A DNA stretch of 37,385 nucleotides from a virus (lineage: Duplodnaviria > Caudoviricetes): positions 1 to 37,385 of the IMG/VR virus record IMGVR_UViG_3300046779_001034; one strand, written 5' to 3'. Of this stretch, positions 16,378 to 25,242 are shown piece after piece (within the stretch, counting starts at the first letter, position 1; each line of letters begins with the position of its first letter). Position numbers and translations under genes: made by a program. A model generated the notes under the pieces. The model ran no database searches, had not been told where the DNA came from, and worked only from the letters and a program-made list of their open reading frames with translations.

Positions 16378-16432
16378 GTAAGCCGTTAGTAAGGTTTGTG
16401 GATAATCATACGCACATCAACAAGGAGTTCAC
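16378..16432 (+). promoter_or_regulatory. Repeated promoter/leader module, copy D
   Basis: GTAAG-N6-GTAAG-N10-AATCAT-N6-ATCAAC-AAGGAG. Confidence 0.55.
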
Positions 16433-16681
16433 ATGAAACACATCATCACAATCTTGGCTTTTGTCTCTGGCAGTGCTTACGCCGCTTGTGACATTGCCTT
16501 GCCACCAAATACGTTCTATCAATGTATCGAAAGAGAGAATATGATAGAACAACAGTCACGTAGACTGCAACGAATCGAAGAGCAAAACAAAGAGATTTTG
16601 ATGCACCAACGGCGCTATCCAAACTCAACAATCCCTCAGTCTTGCTTTTTTGATGTATCTGGCGTTAAACGCTGTTTCTAA
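16433..16681 (+). CDS. Secreted hypothetical protein
   Basis: Signal peptide ending SAYA; four Cys. Confidence 0.7.
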   Translation: MKHIITILAFVSGSAYAACDIALPPNTFYQCIERENMIEQQSRRLQRIEEQNKEILMHQRRYPNSTIPQSCFFDVSGVKRCF

Positions 16682-16696
16682 CCTAAAGGAAAAACC

Positions 16697-16852
16697 ATGA
16701 AAAAACTTATCGCACTCTTGGCTTGTGTCGCATCATTCTCTGCAATGGCTGACATTGTGAACGGCTATACCCGTAGCAATGGCACTTATGTAGCGCCTCA
16801 CTATCGCTCTGCACCCGATGGTAATCCGTACAACAACTACGGTAGCAAGTAA
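16697..16852 (+). CDS. Small secreted protein (51 aa)
   Basis: MKKLIALLACVASFSAMA-DIVNGYTRSNGTYVAPHYRSAPDGNPYNNYGSK; AAGGA RBS. Confidence 0.75.
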   Translation: MKKLIALLACVASFSAMADIVNGYTRSNGTYVAPHYRSAPDGNPYNNYGSK

Positions 16853-16879
16853 AAAAGAAGCCCCACGAAGGGGCTTTTT
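16851..16879. terminator. Rho-independent terminator, probably bidirectional
   Basis: A-tract, AAGCCCC-ACGAA-GGGGCTT, T-tract. Confidence 0.8.
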
Positions 16880-16894
16880 AACTAGGAGAGAACC

Positions 16895-16990
16895 ATAGAT
16901 TACATTGAATTTAAGCTATACAAGGCGCTTGCTTTGTTAGTCATCATCTTTTTAGTTGGCATCTATATCGGGTTTACTGAGCGCCGATAA
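16895..16990 (+). CDS. Small membrane peptide (31 aa) with ATA start
   Basis: AGGAG RBS, then ATA-DYIEFKLYKALALLVIIFLVGIYIGFTERR*. Confidence 0.45.
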   Translation: MDYIEFKLYKALALLVIIFLVGIYIGFTERR

Positions 16991-18683
16991 CTGGGGCAGT
17001 CATTGGTAATGCTTGTCTCAAAGCGTTTGCCAGTGCTTGCGCTTGTGGTGAACTATTTTGATTCAGCATGAAATTTTTAGCCGCTTGACTGTTTAGCAAT
17101 GTATTAGCAGTGCGACCAGCCGCAATCGAGCCACCCAAAGCAGGCAATCCAGCCATGCTACCTACACCTAAAGCCGCAAAACCACGTTGCATAGCGCCGT
17201 GTTGACCTTCGCGCGGCTTCACAAACTGAGCTGAAATATCAGCCAATTCTTGCAAATCACGGTTGCCTATGTTCTTCATGTTTGCTAGACGAGCAATAGA
17301 GATTTCACCCTCTGCGCCGTTTTGCGCAATCTTTTCAAGCGACTTCATGTTTCCGTATTGTTTGCGAACTTGAGCAAATTCAGCGGCCTTTTCAGGGCCA
17401 ACAGAGCGCTCCAATGCGTTCATCAAGCTATCACGAAGTTCACGCGCGTGAAATGCCTCACTACCTTGGCCCTTGCCAATACGGTCTAAAGTCTTTTTGA
17501 TGTTGTATGCCGCTTGACCATCAATCTCACCGCTTGCGCCTTTTGTGAAGATTTCAGCGATTTGATTTTGAATTGGTTTTAGCGCATCTGAGCCAAGCTC
17601 TTTTTCTGCTGTTTGCAAAATCTCTGCTGTTTTTGTTTTTAATGCGTCATCAACTTTGATAGTGTTGTCTTTCAAGAATGAATCAAACTTACCGCCTAAG
17701 TCTGTTTTCGCATTTCGCAAGGCTTGAGACATATTTTTAGTGTCTTGGCCTACCAATCGAGAAGCCGCCGTGTTCAGTTGGTCAGCCATTTTTTGCTCAG
17801 TTGCGGCACGACCACTAAAAGGAACGTAATTCAAGCCAGAAGCAATGGCGTTCATGAACTTGCTATCCGTCAAACGGTCAGCAGGAATATCAATGCCTAA
17901 GTCTTTAGCACGTTGCGCCAATGCAACAACTTCGGGAGCAACTTCACCGCCACGAAGCGCACCACCTAATTTTGTACCAGCCGCACCAAGCAATTTACCA
18001 GTAACAGGCAAAGCCGCGCCAATAGCAGCGCCCACTCCAGCATCTTCAGGGTTTACCAATGCTGCGCTTGTTCCACCCATAGCAGTACCGCCAACACCAC
18101 GAATAGCTAGTTGTTTAGCACCTTCACGGCTTAACAATGGAGCAGCCGCGCCGCCCGTAGACATGCCGCCAGTGCGTAGAGCTTCAATCAGTTGCGTTGC
18201 TTTTGGAGCCACTTTAGACACGCCACCAGCCAACACATTACCAGCGCCAGCAGTGCCAGCAATTTCACCAGCCAACTCAGCAGCAGGAATTAAATATTGC
18301 GAATCGTTTGCCTGTGCCAATCCTTTAGTAAGGCCAGTAGTAGCCTCACCCATTTGTTTAGCGCCTTGCATACCAGCCATACGACCAATAGACGATAAAG
18401 GACGCGAAGCACCAGCAGCAAAGGCAACAGGAGCCGAAACAACACCAGTAGCCACATCAGCAATAGCTTTAGTTGCACCTTTAGCGCCTTCTCCATAGCC
18501 ACCGCTTGAGATAGGTACACCAGTTACAGGGTCGTAAGTAGTGTCTTCGTTGTAGATCGTTTGTGCTTGTGGAGCCGTAGGTTTAGGCGCAAGCATCCCT
18601 TTAACCGCCTTTTGAATTACATCAGGCGAAGTTCCAGCAGGAAACTCTAAGATTCGACCATCGGGTAATTCTGCTTCAATCAT
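16974..18683 (-). CDS. DNA ejection/internal virion protein
   Basis: LPDG..LEFP.G N-terminus, Gly/Ala-rich hydrophobic stretches; last of three ejection-type genes. Confidence 0.7.
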   Translation of the reverse strand: MIEAELPDGRILEFPAGTSPDVIQKAVKGMLAPKPTAPQAQTIYNEDTTYDPVTGVPISSGGYGEGAKGATKAIADVATGVVSAPVAFAAGASRPLSSIGRMAGMQGAKQMGEATTGLTKGLAQANDSQYLIPAAELAGEIAGTAGAGNVLAGGVSKVAPKATQLIEALRTGGMSTGGAAAPLLSREGAKQLAIRGVGGTAMGGTSAALVNPEDAGVGAAIGAALPVTGKLLGAAGTKLGGALRGGEVAPEVVALAQRAKDLGIDIPADRLTDSKFMNAIASGLNYVPFSGRAATEQKMADQLNTAASRLVGQDTKNMSQALRNAKTDLGGKFDSFLKDNTIKVDDALKTKTAEILQTAEKELGSDALKPIQNQIAEIFTKGASGEIDGQAAYNIKKTLDRIGKGQGSEAFHARELRDSLMNALERSVGPEKAAEFAQVRKQYGNMKSLEKIAQNGAEGEISIARLANMKNIGNRDLQELADISAQFVKPREGQHGAMQRGFAALGVGSMAGLPALGGSIAAGRTANTLLNSQAAKNFMLNQNSSPQAQALANALRQALPMTAPVIGAQ

Positions 18684-19828
18684 GGAATGATGTTTCCTTG
18701 TGCGTCAAAACGAATACGACCACCACCGCCTGAATTGCTCATTACTGAATTAGGATTTCCAGTAGCACCTAAATTGACCTGTGGGCCCGCATAACGCTCT
18801 TGAATTTTCTTGACTTCTGCCAATGCCGCTTGGCGAGTTGCAACAGGTTGCGTGGCATCACCAACAACACCAGCCATTTGTTTATACATGGCAACATCCT
18901 TATCAGATTGTGGGCCAGACATTTTTGGCATTTTAGAAACCAAATCACCTTCAATTGCTTTAAGTTTTGCAGCATTTTGAGCGCCAGTTGTAGACTGACC
19001 AAAGAAAGCAGCCGTTGCATCTACTGCGTTACCAAGGCCAGAGCTTGTTGCGTTAGGCAAGATTCCTTCAGCTTGTTTAATTGCTGCAAGTGCTTGTTGT
19101 GCTTCTTTTTGTTGTGCAAGCGTACCTTGTGGGCCTTTTGGCCCTGAAATAGCATTACCAGACATATCCATTAATGGCGCAAGTTGTCCGTTTGGCATAA
19201 CTCGCATCTTTCCTTGATCTGTGTCAATGATCTGCGCTTGACGTTGTCCTGCTGTCAACTCACGAAGTTGACGCTGTCCTTCGAGTTGCATACGCATAGT
19301 ATCTTCACGCGCTTGTCGATCAAGACCTTTTTGCTCTGCTTGCCATGCGCGATTAGCTTCTTTTTCAGCCTTTGCAGCTTCCATTTGTGGCAATTGAGCC
19401 ATGCCCGTCATGCCCATTTGACGAACCATAGGCGATTGACTTGCAGCAGCTTGTGCATACGCTTCGTATGGATTACCAGCCTTTGCAGGCATCGTTGGGC
19501 CTACTGCGTTACCTTCATAATCAGGTTGTGGTGCATTTGCAGGAGTACCGCGAAGGGCTTGCACAAAGGCAGACATATCACGGCCTTGGGCTTCTTGGCG
19601 TTGTTGTCCAATGCCTTGAAGCTCTTGCATGGCCTTCTTCTCTTGATTCATTGCACCTTTTTGGCGTAGCAATTCTCCAAGATGCTGCAAAGGGCTAGAC
19701 GGGACATAAACTTGTCCAGCCATAGTGCCTTGAGGAACGTTGAATTCTTGCTGTTGCTTTTGCGCTCGGTTAAAAGCAGCTTGAGCAATAGCTTCTTGAG
19801 CGGCTAATGGGTCTGTAAATTGATTCAT
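18680..19828 (-). CDS. DNA ejection/internal virion protein
   Basis: Q/A-rich helical protein with GPQSDKD motif; gene order. Confidence 0.65.
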   Translation of the reverse strand: MNQFTDPLAAQEAIAQAAFNRAQKQQQEFNVPQGTMAGQVYVPSSPLQHLGELLRQKGAMNQEKKAMQELQGIGQQRQEAQGRDMSAFVQALRGTPANAPQPDYEGNAVGPTMPAKAGNPYEAYAQAAASQSPMVRQMGMTGMAQLPQMEAAKAEKEANRAWQAEQKGLDRQAREDTMRMQLEGQRQLRELTAGQRQAQIIDTDQGKMRVMPNGQLAPLMDMSGNAISGPKGPQGTLAQQKEAQQALAAIKQAEGILPNATSSGLGNAVDATAAFFGQSTTGAQNAAKLKAIEGDLVSKMPKMSGPQSDKDVAMYKQMAGVVGDATQPVATRQAALAEVKKIQERYAGPQVNLGATGNPNSVMSNSGGGGRIRFDAQGNIIP

Positions 19829-20719
19829 TTAAAACATTCCGTTAGACATACCACCACTGCCAAGGCTAAACAAACCTTGCATAATGTTTTGCTTGTATGC
19901 GTTTTGCGCGTTAGCCGTGTTCAAATCAGCTTGATAGCCAAGTTGACCAGCTTGAAGTTGGTTTGCACCTTGCGTTGTCTGTTGTTGCGCGTAGTTTTGG
20001 AATTGAGGCGCTTGAACCTGCGAGCCAGTTTTAAGTGCGTTAACCAAGTTCAAAGGCTGCTGCATTCGCGCAAATTGTTCTTGCAAGCCTTGTTGACGGG
20101 CGTTCATATCCAATTCAATGCCTTGTCGTGCGGCTTGCAATTCCAAGTCATTCATGCGTTGACCTTGCAAGTTATTTGCACGGCGATAAGCGTCAGAACC
20201 CAATGCAATGCCTTGATTAGCCAACTTTGCATCGAGTGCCTGTTGCTCTTGGTCAAGCGTAGGACGTAGGCGCGACATAATCGCCGCTTGCGAGTTCACG
20301 CCTTGATTCATCGGCATAGCCGTTAGCTTTGATTCATCTATGTTCGGGTTTTCAAACAAACCTTTGACGTTCTCAAAACCTTTTTGAGCCGCTTGACCAT
20401 AAGCTAAGTCTTGCGCTTTTTGCAAATCAAATAACTGTTGCCCTTGTTGGGTGAAGTTGGTCGTTTGAGTCCAAGGGTCAAAATCAGTAGCGCCTTTTTG
20501 CCAAGTAACAGAGCCGTAAGGGTTGTACTGGTTAGCGCGGTTAGCTACCGTTGCATACTTAGCCGCAGTTAAGTTGTTAGCCGCAGTTTTATCAGCAAGT
20601 CCAGCGTAATCAGGAGATTCTGGCGTTACTGGTTTGAAATAATCTTCAACCGCAGTAATAGCGCCGCCCACACTTGGCTTTATTACCGCATTTCCTAAGC
20701 CTTTAACTAGATCACCCAT
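19829..20719 (-). CDS. DNA ejection/pilot protein
   Basis: PDY..A, NQYNPYGS, LANQGI..GS.AY; Q-rich; gene order. Confidence 0.65.
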   Translation of the reverse strand: MGDLVKGLGNAVIKPSVGGAITAVEDYFKPVTPESPDYAGLADKTAANNLTAAKYATVANRANQYNPYGSVTWQKGATDFDPWTQTTNFTQQGQQLFDLQKAQDLAYGQAAQKGFENVKGLFENPNIDESKLTAMPMNQGVNSQAAIMSRLRPTLDQEQQALDAKLANQGIALGSDAYRRANNLQGQRMNDLELQAARQGIELDMNARQQGLQEQFARMQQPLNLVNALKTGSQVQAPQFQNYAQQQTTQGANQLQAGQLGYQADLNTANAQNAYKQNIMQGLFSLGSGGMSNGMF

Positions 20720-20720
20720 A

Positions 20721-21008
20721 TCAACTCCATTTGTAAATTAAAGCCTTTGAACCGTCTTTTAATGGTGCTTCAAACTCTATTTGCCACCCTAGACAATCGC
20801 CAAACTTCTGGAGTTTCAGGTTTTCTGAACCAACCAATGCTCTTAGCGGTATTGTAACTAAGTCTTGAATTTTCCTCAAATCTTTGAGCATCATTCGCTT
20901 CACTTTAGGCGACCATTCATGCACATCAGTATGAAACCAGTAAACGTGGTCAAAGAATTCCAAATACATGGTGTATTCTTTTTTTACGACTAAAGGAAAT
21001 TTATCCAT
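20721..21008 (-). CDS. Small protein, possibly GNAT-like
   Basis: Lies between stabilisation and ejection genes; N.K..KF...GW motif. Confidence 0.5.
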   Translation of the reverse strand: MDKFPLVVKKEYTMYLEFFDHVYWFHTDVHEWSPKVKRMMLKDLRKIQDLVTIPLRALVGSENLKLQKFGDCLGWQIEFEAPLKDGSKALIYKWS

Positions 21009-22519
21009 CAGTAGTTCAAAATCCCGCCGTGATTGTGGACATGGCTCACGTTCATTAATCGAACCTCAGAGCCGTTATTCTGAACTTTCAGCCTCAAAGC
21101 AGCAGCGTTAGCCACTACACCAACCGTATGCCAGCCGCTAGTGATGGAGTTCATACCGCCACCCCAAACCATAGTGCCCCAGTACATATCGCCCCAAACC
21201 ATACCCGTAGGCGATTCATAAGCGAACTGGCCTTCAGGCTCAGTCTCTTTAAAGTCACCGCATAGACCGTACAGAATCGAAGGGCTACCGCTTGCCAGCA
21301 AGTAAGGCTTGACCATCGTGAAATACTTGTTTGAGGCAATATCACCAAAGTACTGATAAGACATAAGCACATCAGCCTGAATCGGCGCTGTATCGTCTAG
21401 ATTACCTTGCCAAGCCTTTTGTACGCTTGTTGAATCGCCGTAAAATAGCCCGTCACGGCTGTATAACCAGCATTGAGCATCCCAACCTTCAAACTTAGTC
21501 CAAGCGCCTGTAATCGTGTTTTGAGCGTACTGATAGTTTTGCCCGTTACCTTTTGGCACGTTCAGCAACAACATATTTTCTTCTTCAAACAAGCACATTT
21601 GCCAGCCAAAGTTACCGTTGTAAAAGTTGATTTCGTCTGAAATAGTGTTTTGAATCTTGTCTGTCAGTGCGTTACGCTTGTCAATTGTTGCGGATAACAA
21701 TGCTTTTGACAATGGGAAAACACCGCCAAAGCAGTTAACGATTAAGTCGCCGGCGTATTTAATGCCACAGCGCCGACCAATAGGTGCGCCAACATAGTAA
21801 ACACCAACCAAGTTCCAACTAGACGCATCGCTTGGGTCTGTGCCTGAGTAAACAGCAATCTCACCCTTTGACGAAATAACAACTAGATGGTCATCAGAAC
21901 CAGCGCCAGCGTCCAAAGTCCATGTATAGCAAGCCATGATGTAGCCACCACGCCGAAACACTGAGCCAAGAGGCAACGCAGATGTATTGCCACCAATGCT
22001 CAAAACTGGCAAATAGTGGATTTCAAGCGAGTTCTTTTCTGTAAAAAACAAACGATTCTTGAACAAACACACATGAACCAAATCAGCAGGGTTTGCATGG
22101 GTAACAGACATTGTTGACCATGTAGTGCCGTTGTAGACGCGCGGCGCATCTTGACCATTTACAGCAACTAAGAATGAGCCGCCAGCAGTAGTAATCATTG
22201 TCTCTTGCCAACGAGCGTTAGACAATCCTGAAACAACAGCCGTGCCAACAGTGCCAGCCGCAGTCACATCGTAAATCGCAGTGCCAGCCGCAGCAAATAT
22301 CTTATTTGCGCCATTCTCAGCCGCATACTCCATGATGGTTTCAACAGGAGCAGTAAAACCCGTTACATGGGGTGTACGTCCTTTTCGGGTAGAGATAAAT
22401 GCGGGTTGCACCCACCAGTTAGTCAGCTTTACAGCATCCTCTTTAGGCATGGCAACGATTGATTCGCGGTCGTTCAGACCACCAATCGGCGCAGGAAATG
22501 ATGTGTGCTTTGCGACCAT
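21008..22519 (-). CDS. Packaged-DNA stabilisation/tail nozzle protein (P22 gp10 / T7 gp12 analogue)
   Basis: PAPIGGLN N-terminus, beta-propeller-like composition, 503 aa, gene order. Confidence 0.75.
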   Translation of the reverse strand: MVAKHTSFPAPIGGLNDRESIVAMPKEDAVKLTNWWVQPAFISTRKGRTPHVTGFTAPVETIMEYAAENGANKIFAAAGTAIYDVTAAGTVGTAVVSGLSNARWQETMITTAGGSFLVAVNGQDAPRVYNGTTWSTMSVTHANPADLVHVCLFKNRLFFTEKNSLEIHYLPVLSIGGNTSALPLGSVFRRGGYIMACYTWTLDAGAGSDDHLVVISSKGEIAVYSGTDPSDASSWNLVGVYYVGAPIGRRCGIKYAGDLIVNCFGGVFPLSKALLSATIDKRNALTDKIQNTISDEINFYNGNFGWQMCLFEEENMLLLNVPKGNGQNYQYAQNTITGAWTKFEGWDAQCWLYSRDGLFYGDSTSVQKAWQGNLDDTAPIQADVLMSYQYFGDIASNKYFTMVKPYLLASGSPSILYGLCGDFKETEPEGQFAYESPTGMVWGDMYWGTMVWGGGMNSITSGWHTVGVVANAAALRLKVQNNGSEVRLMNVSHVHNHGGILNY

Positions 22520-23332
22520 TTATTTCTTTCTTAGTTCTTGGGCAAGCAAATCAGGGGCAGCAACACCCATCGCAGCAGCAGTGGCGGCGGTTTTACGCCA
22601 AGGGTCAAATGCGGCAAACTGCGATCGCACTAAATCAGGGTTAAAAATCGCAAAATGGTTTGATGGTGTATTTACACGCCCAACATCATCAGATAGGTTT
22701 TTAATCACCGCCAAGTCTGCATTGTCTTTCATAGCAGAATTTAAAAAGCGGTTGACGCCACCTTCTACATCAGAAAACTCTTTACCAGCAGCGTTCATCT
22801 CTGCGCCACGTACACCACGATTAGCGCGGATAGACAAAGGCATGATGGTTTGACCACGCAAAGGATTGTTGTAAATCTCTGTTTCTAGGCGTTCAGCATT
22901 TGCGATCGCATTGTCATAAGCATCCCAATTGCCCTTTTTCTCAAACTTGTTAGCAAGTTCTAGTTCACGTTTGACTGGCAATTCTTTAGCGGCGTACTCT
23001 GCATAGCTTCTAGCCGTTTGAGGTGAATCAGAAGTCCAAAACGCCTTCTTTGCGCTTTGTGAACCAGTGGCACTACCAAACTTTGACGGGTCAATCTTTG
23101 TAATGTCGTCCACAGTTCCATGATATGCGTCACGGAATCCCATAGCTTTAGCACGTTCAGCCGCCGTATTTGCAGGGCCAAGACCTAAACCACCTTTTTC
23201 AGCGGGTAATGCCGCCCGTTGTTGTGCAAGCATCATTGCATCATCTTGAGGAAACTTAAAAGTTCGTAGCGCATCAACAATAGCGTCTACACCTTTTGAC
23301 CCTGCTTTTACCAATGGCGCGAAATTAGGCAT
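22520..23332 (-). CDS. ADP-ribosyltransferase-like protein (ART-PolyVal-like)
   Basis: YHGT, FWTSDSP..ARSYA, IMPL, F.P..VRS.FAAFDP motifs. Confidence 0.6.
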   Translation of the reverse strand: MPNFAPLVKAGSKGVDAIVDALRTFKFPQDDAMMLAQQRAALPAEKGGLGLGPANTAAERAKAMGFRDAYHGTVDDITKIDPSKFGSATGSQSAKKAFWTSDSPQTARSYAEYAAKELPVKRELELANKFEKKGNWDAYDNAIANAERLETEIYNNPLRGQTIMPLSIRANRGVRGAEMNAAGKEFSDVEGGVNRFLNSAMKDNADLAVIKNLSDDVGRVNTPSNHFAIFNPDLVRSQFAAFDPWRKTAATAAAMGVAAPDLLAQELRKK

Positions 23333-23400
23333 TACAAGCCCCCATTTTTACTTAGTGCAACAAGCACCATTAAAACAAACCAAATTATCCAATACTTCAT
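23332..23400 (-). CDS. 22-aa membrane micropeptide
   Basis: MKYWIIWFVLMVLVALSKNGGL*; ATGA overlap upstream and TAATG overlap downstream. Confidence 0.6.
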   Translation of the reverse strand: MKYWIIWFVLMVLVALSKNGGL

Positions 23401-23699
23401 TTGAACAATTGCTTAATGTATGGCCCAACTTGAGCAGGGGCATAAGCCAAGTTTCCAGCGGTTTGACCTAGCACATCACCAACAAAAGCAGGAGCGCCAC
23501 CGTCTTGAATGGGGCGAGTAAATCCTTTATCTTGCAACCACTGAGTTCCACCCATAGGAGCAGGGCCAGTCGGTACGCCAATAGCGTCAAGCCCAGATGC
23601 GATGAGGTCAATAGGCTGACCAAGCACACTACTAGCAATTCCGTTAGAGGTTGCTTGAGTACCGTCACGAAGGGCTTTAATAATTGCGCTTTTGTCCAT
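23397..23699 (-). CDS. Hypothetical virion-associated protein (100 aa)
   Basis: Gly/Ala-rich, GQPIDL..GG..W motif, GAGG RBS. Confidence 0.65.
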   Translation of the reverse strand: MDKSAIIKALRDGTQATSNGIASSVLGQPIDLIASGLDAIGVPTGPAPMGGTQWLQDKGFTRPIQDGGAPAFVGDVLGQTAGNLAYAPAQVGPYIKQLFK

Positions 23700-23707
23700 G
23701 TTTTACC

Positions 23708-24613
23708 TCAGTTTCCAGGCCACGAGCCGTCTTGGATATTGTTTGTTGAAAGAAGAATAGTGCCAAATTGCGGAGCCAATGAAAGAACAGGTGCGCTCTT
23801 ATCAGTAGCTTTTTCATTCTCTAGCAACCAGCGAAACTCAGCCAAGTCAAAAGACGGGTCTAAGCCTTTAGCCGCTTTCCACTGCGCTTTTAGTCCAGTA
23901 GTCATCATTGAATTGCTAAACACAAACGTATCTGTATCAGCAGTTACTTTTTCTTTGCGCGTACCGTCAGCACCAATTACCCAACCTTTAGAGATGTACT
24001 CAAAGGCCAGCGTTTCGCCGTTCGGTGGGCTAGGGTTAATGCAGAGCTTGTCTTGCAGGATTCGATAGCGTTGACGAGGGCCAGCAGAGACAATGCCGCC
24101 TTTGTATGTCTGCCATTCCTGCGAACTTTTTGGGCCAAGCAACGGCCAGCGTGTCGTGCGATTCCACTCAGTCTCTGGAATTTGCCAGTTCCAATCACTA
24201 GGCATAGGAAACTGATTCTGTGCAAACGTCAGCGTAACTGTGCCGCTTTGGTTTGCGTTCATGTCCATCGTGACTGTTGTCGAATTATTGACAGTCACCA
24301 CTTGAGCGAACGGCTCTACGCCTAAGCCTAGTACCGTGAAATCTGTCGTAATGTCGGCAGTGCTAGACAATCCCGTAATGACGTTAGAGCCTACTGTCAC
24401 AGTTCCCGTCAATTCAAACGACTTGGTGACAATGAGATACTCATTGTTCATCCGTTGCCATTCAGATTGACGGGTAATATCAGCCCCTAAACGGTTCAAC
24501 AAGGCACTTAATTGACGCACGTTAGGGTCAGTGCTACCTACAACGTCTGAAGGGCGCTGTAAGGCCAATTCATCCGTGACTTGTTGGATTAGTTCAAGGG
24601 CTGTATAACTCAT
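23708..24613 (-). CDS. Head-tail adaptor/tail tubular protein A-like
   Basis: LELIQQV..EL, MPSDW, W.R..RWPL.GP.S.QEW, FEYISK; gene order. Confidence 0.7.
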   Translation of the reverse strand: MSYTALELIQQVTDELALQRPSDVVGSTDPNVRQLSALLNRLGADITRQSEWQRMNNEYLIVTKSFELTGTVTVGSNVITGLSSTADITTDFTVLGLGVEPFAQVVTVNNSTTVTMDMNANQSGTVTLTFAQNQFPMPSDWNWQIPETEWNRTTRWPLLGPKSSQEWQTYKGGIVSAGPRQRYRILQDKLCINPSPPNGETLAFEYISKGWVIGADGTRKEKVTADTDTFVFSNSMMTTGLKAQWKAAKGLDPSFDLAEFRWLLENEKATDKSAPVLSLAPQFGTILLSTNNIQDGSWPGN

Positions 24614-25170
24614 GCTGTTTCTTCTTCTTTAGCAGGGCGACCACGCTTTTTCTCACTGCCTAAAGCAATGATTTGAGCTTGCAAGTCAGCCATTTGTGAT
24701 TTCAAACGCTCATTTTCAGCAGCTTGTGCAGTCACATCAGCAGTGCCAGCAGCAGCGGCTAAGTAAGCCTTTGCCTTGTTGCGGTAATCAGTAAAGCCCA
24801 TGCCCAAACGAGCGACTTGACCATCTGACAAACCAGCGAGTTGTTCAACCGTGTGGACTTCGTAATACTTCAATTCTTTCAACAAAGAACGAGTTATTTG
24901 AGGCCATTGCTCCAAAGGCATACCTTCTACACCTTCTGTTTGCTCTGCCTTGAATCGTGCCCATGCGCGAGGGAACTTGTGTTCATCTTCTTTTGTTGCC
25001 TTGCGTTCAATGATGTTAGTGACATCAGCAGGAACCAAGATGCGGACAAAAGGTACGTCTTTAAAGACGGGGCGACCTGCCTTTTCACTTTCAGCTTTGA
25101 ATTCAACAGCTTCGGTGTAAAAAGAGACGTTTAGGGTAGCTTCGAGGGGTGATTGCTGAGGATAGCTCAT
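24610..25170 (-). CDS. Hypothetical morphogenesis protein
   Basis: G.PLE.WP..HTVEQLA.LSD, KRGRP tail; start at 25170 with AAGGA RBS. Confidence 0.7.
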   Translation of the reverse strand: MSYPQQSPLEATLNVSFYTEAVEFKAESEKAGRPVFKDVPFVRILVPADVTNIIERKATKEDEHKFPRAWARFKAEQTEGVEGMPLEQWPQITRSLLKELKYYEVHTVEQLAGLSDGQVARLGMGFTDYRNKAKAYLAAAAGTADVTAQAAENERLKSQMADLQAQIIALGSEKKRGRPAKEEETA

Positions 25171-25188
25171 ACATTCCTTTGGTTGATT

Positions 25189-25225
25189 AAAAAAGGCCAC
25201 AAAGCGCGAACCTTGTAGCCTTTAT
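25189..25225 (-). terminator. Rho-independent terminator after the capsid/decoration genes
   Basis: AAAGGCTACAAG-loop-TTTGTGGCCTTTTTT. Confidence 0.7.
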
Positions 25226-25242
25226 TTTACATCACGTAGACG

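Noticed and set aside
17845-20269. Long antisense ORFs over the ejection genes (for example 17845-18498 and 19184-19669)
   Set aside because: Shadow frames produced by Ala/Gly/Gln-rich codon bias on the coding strand.
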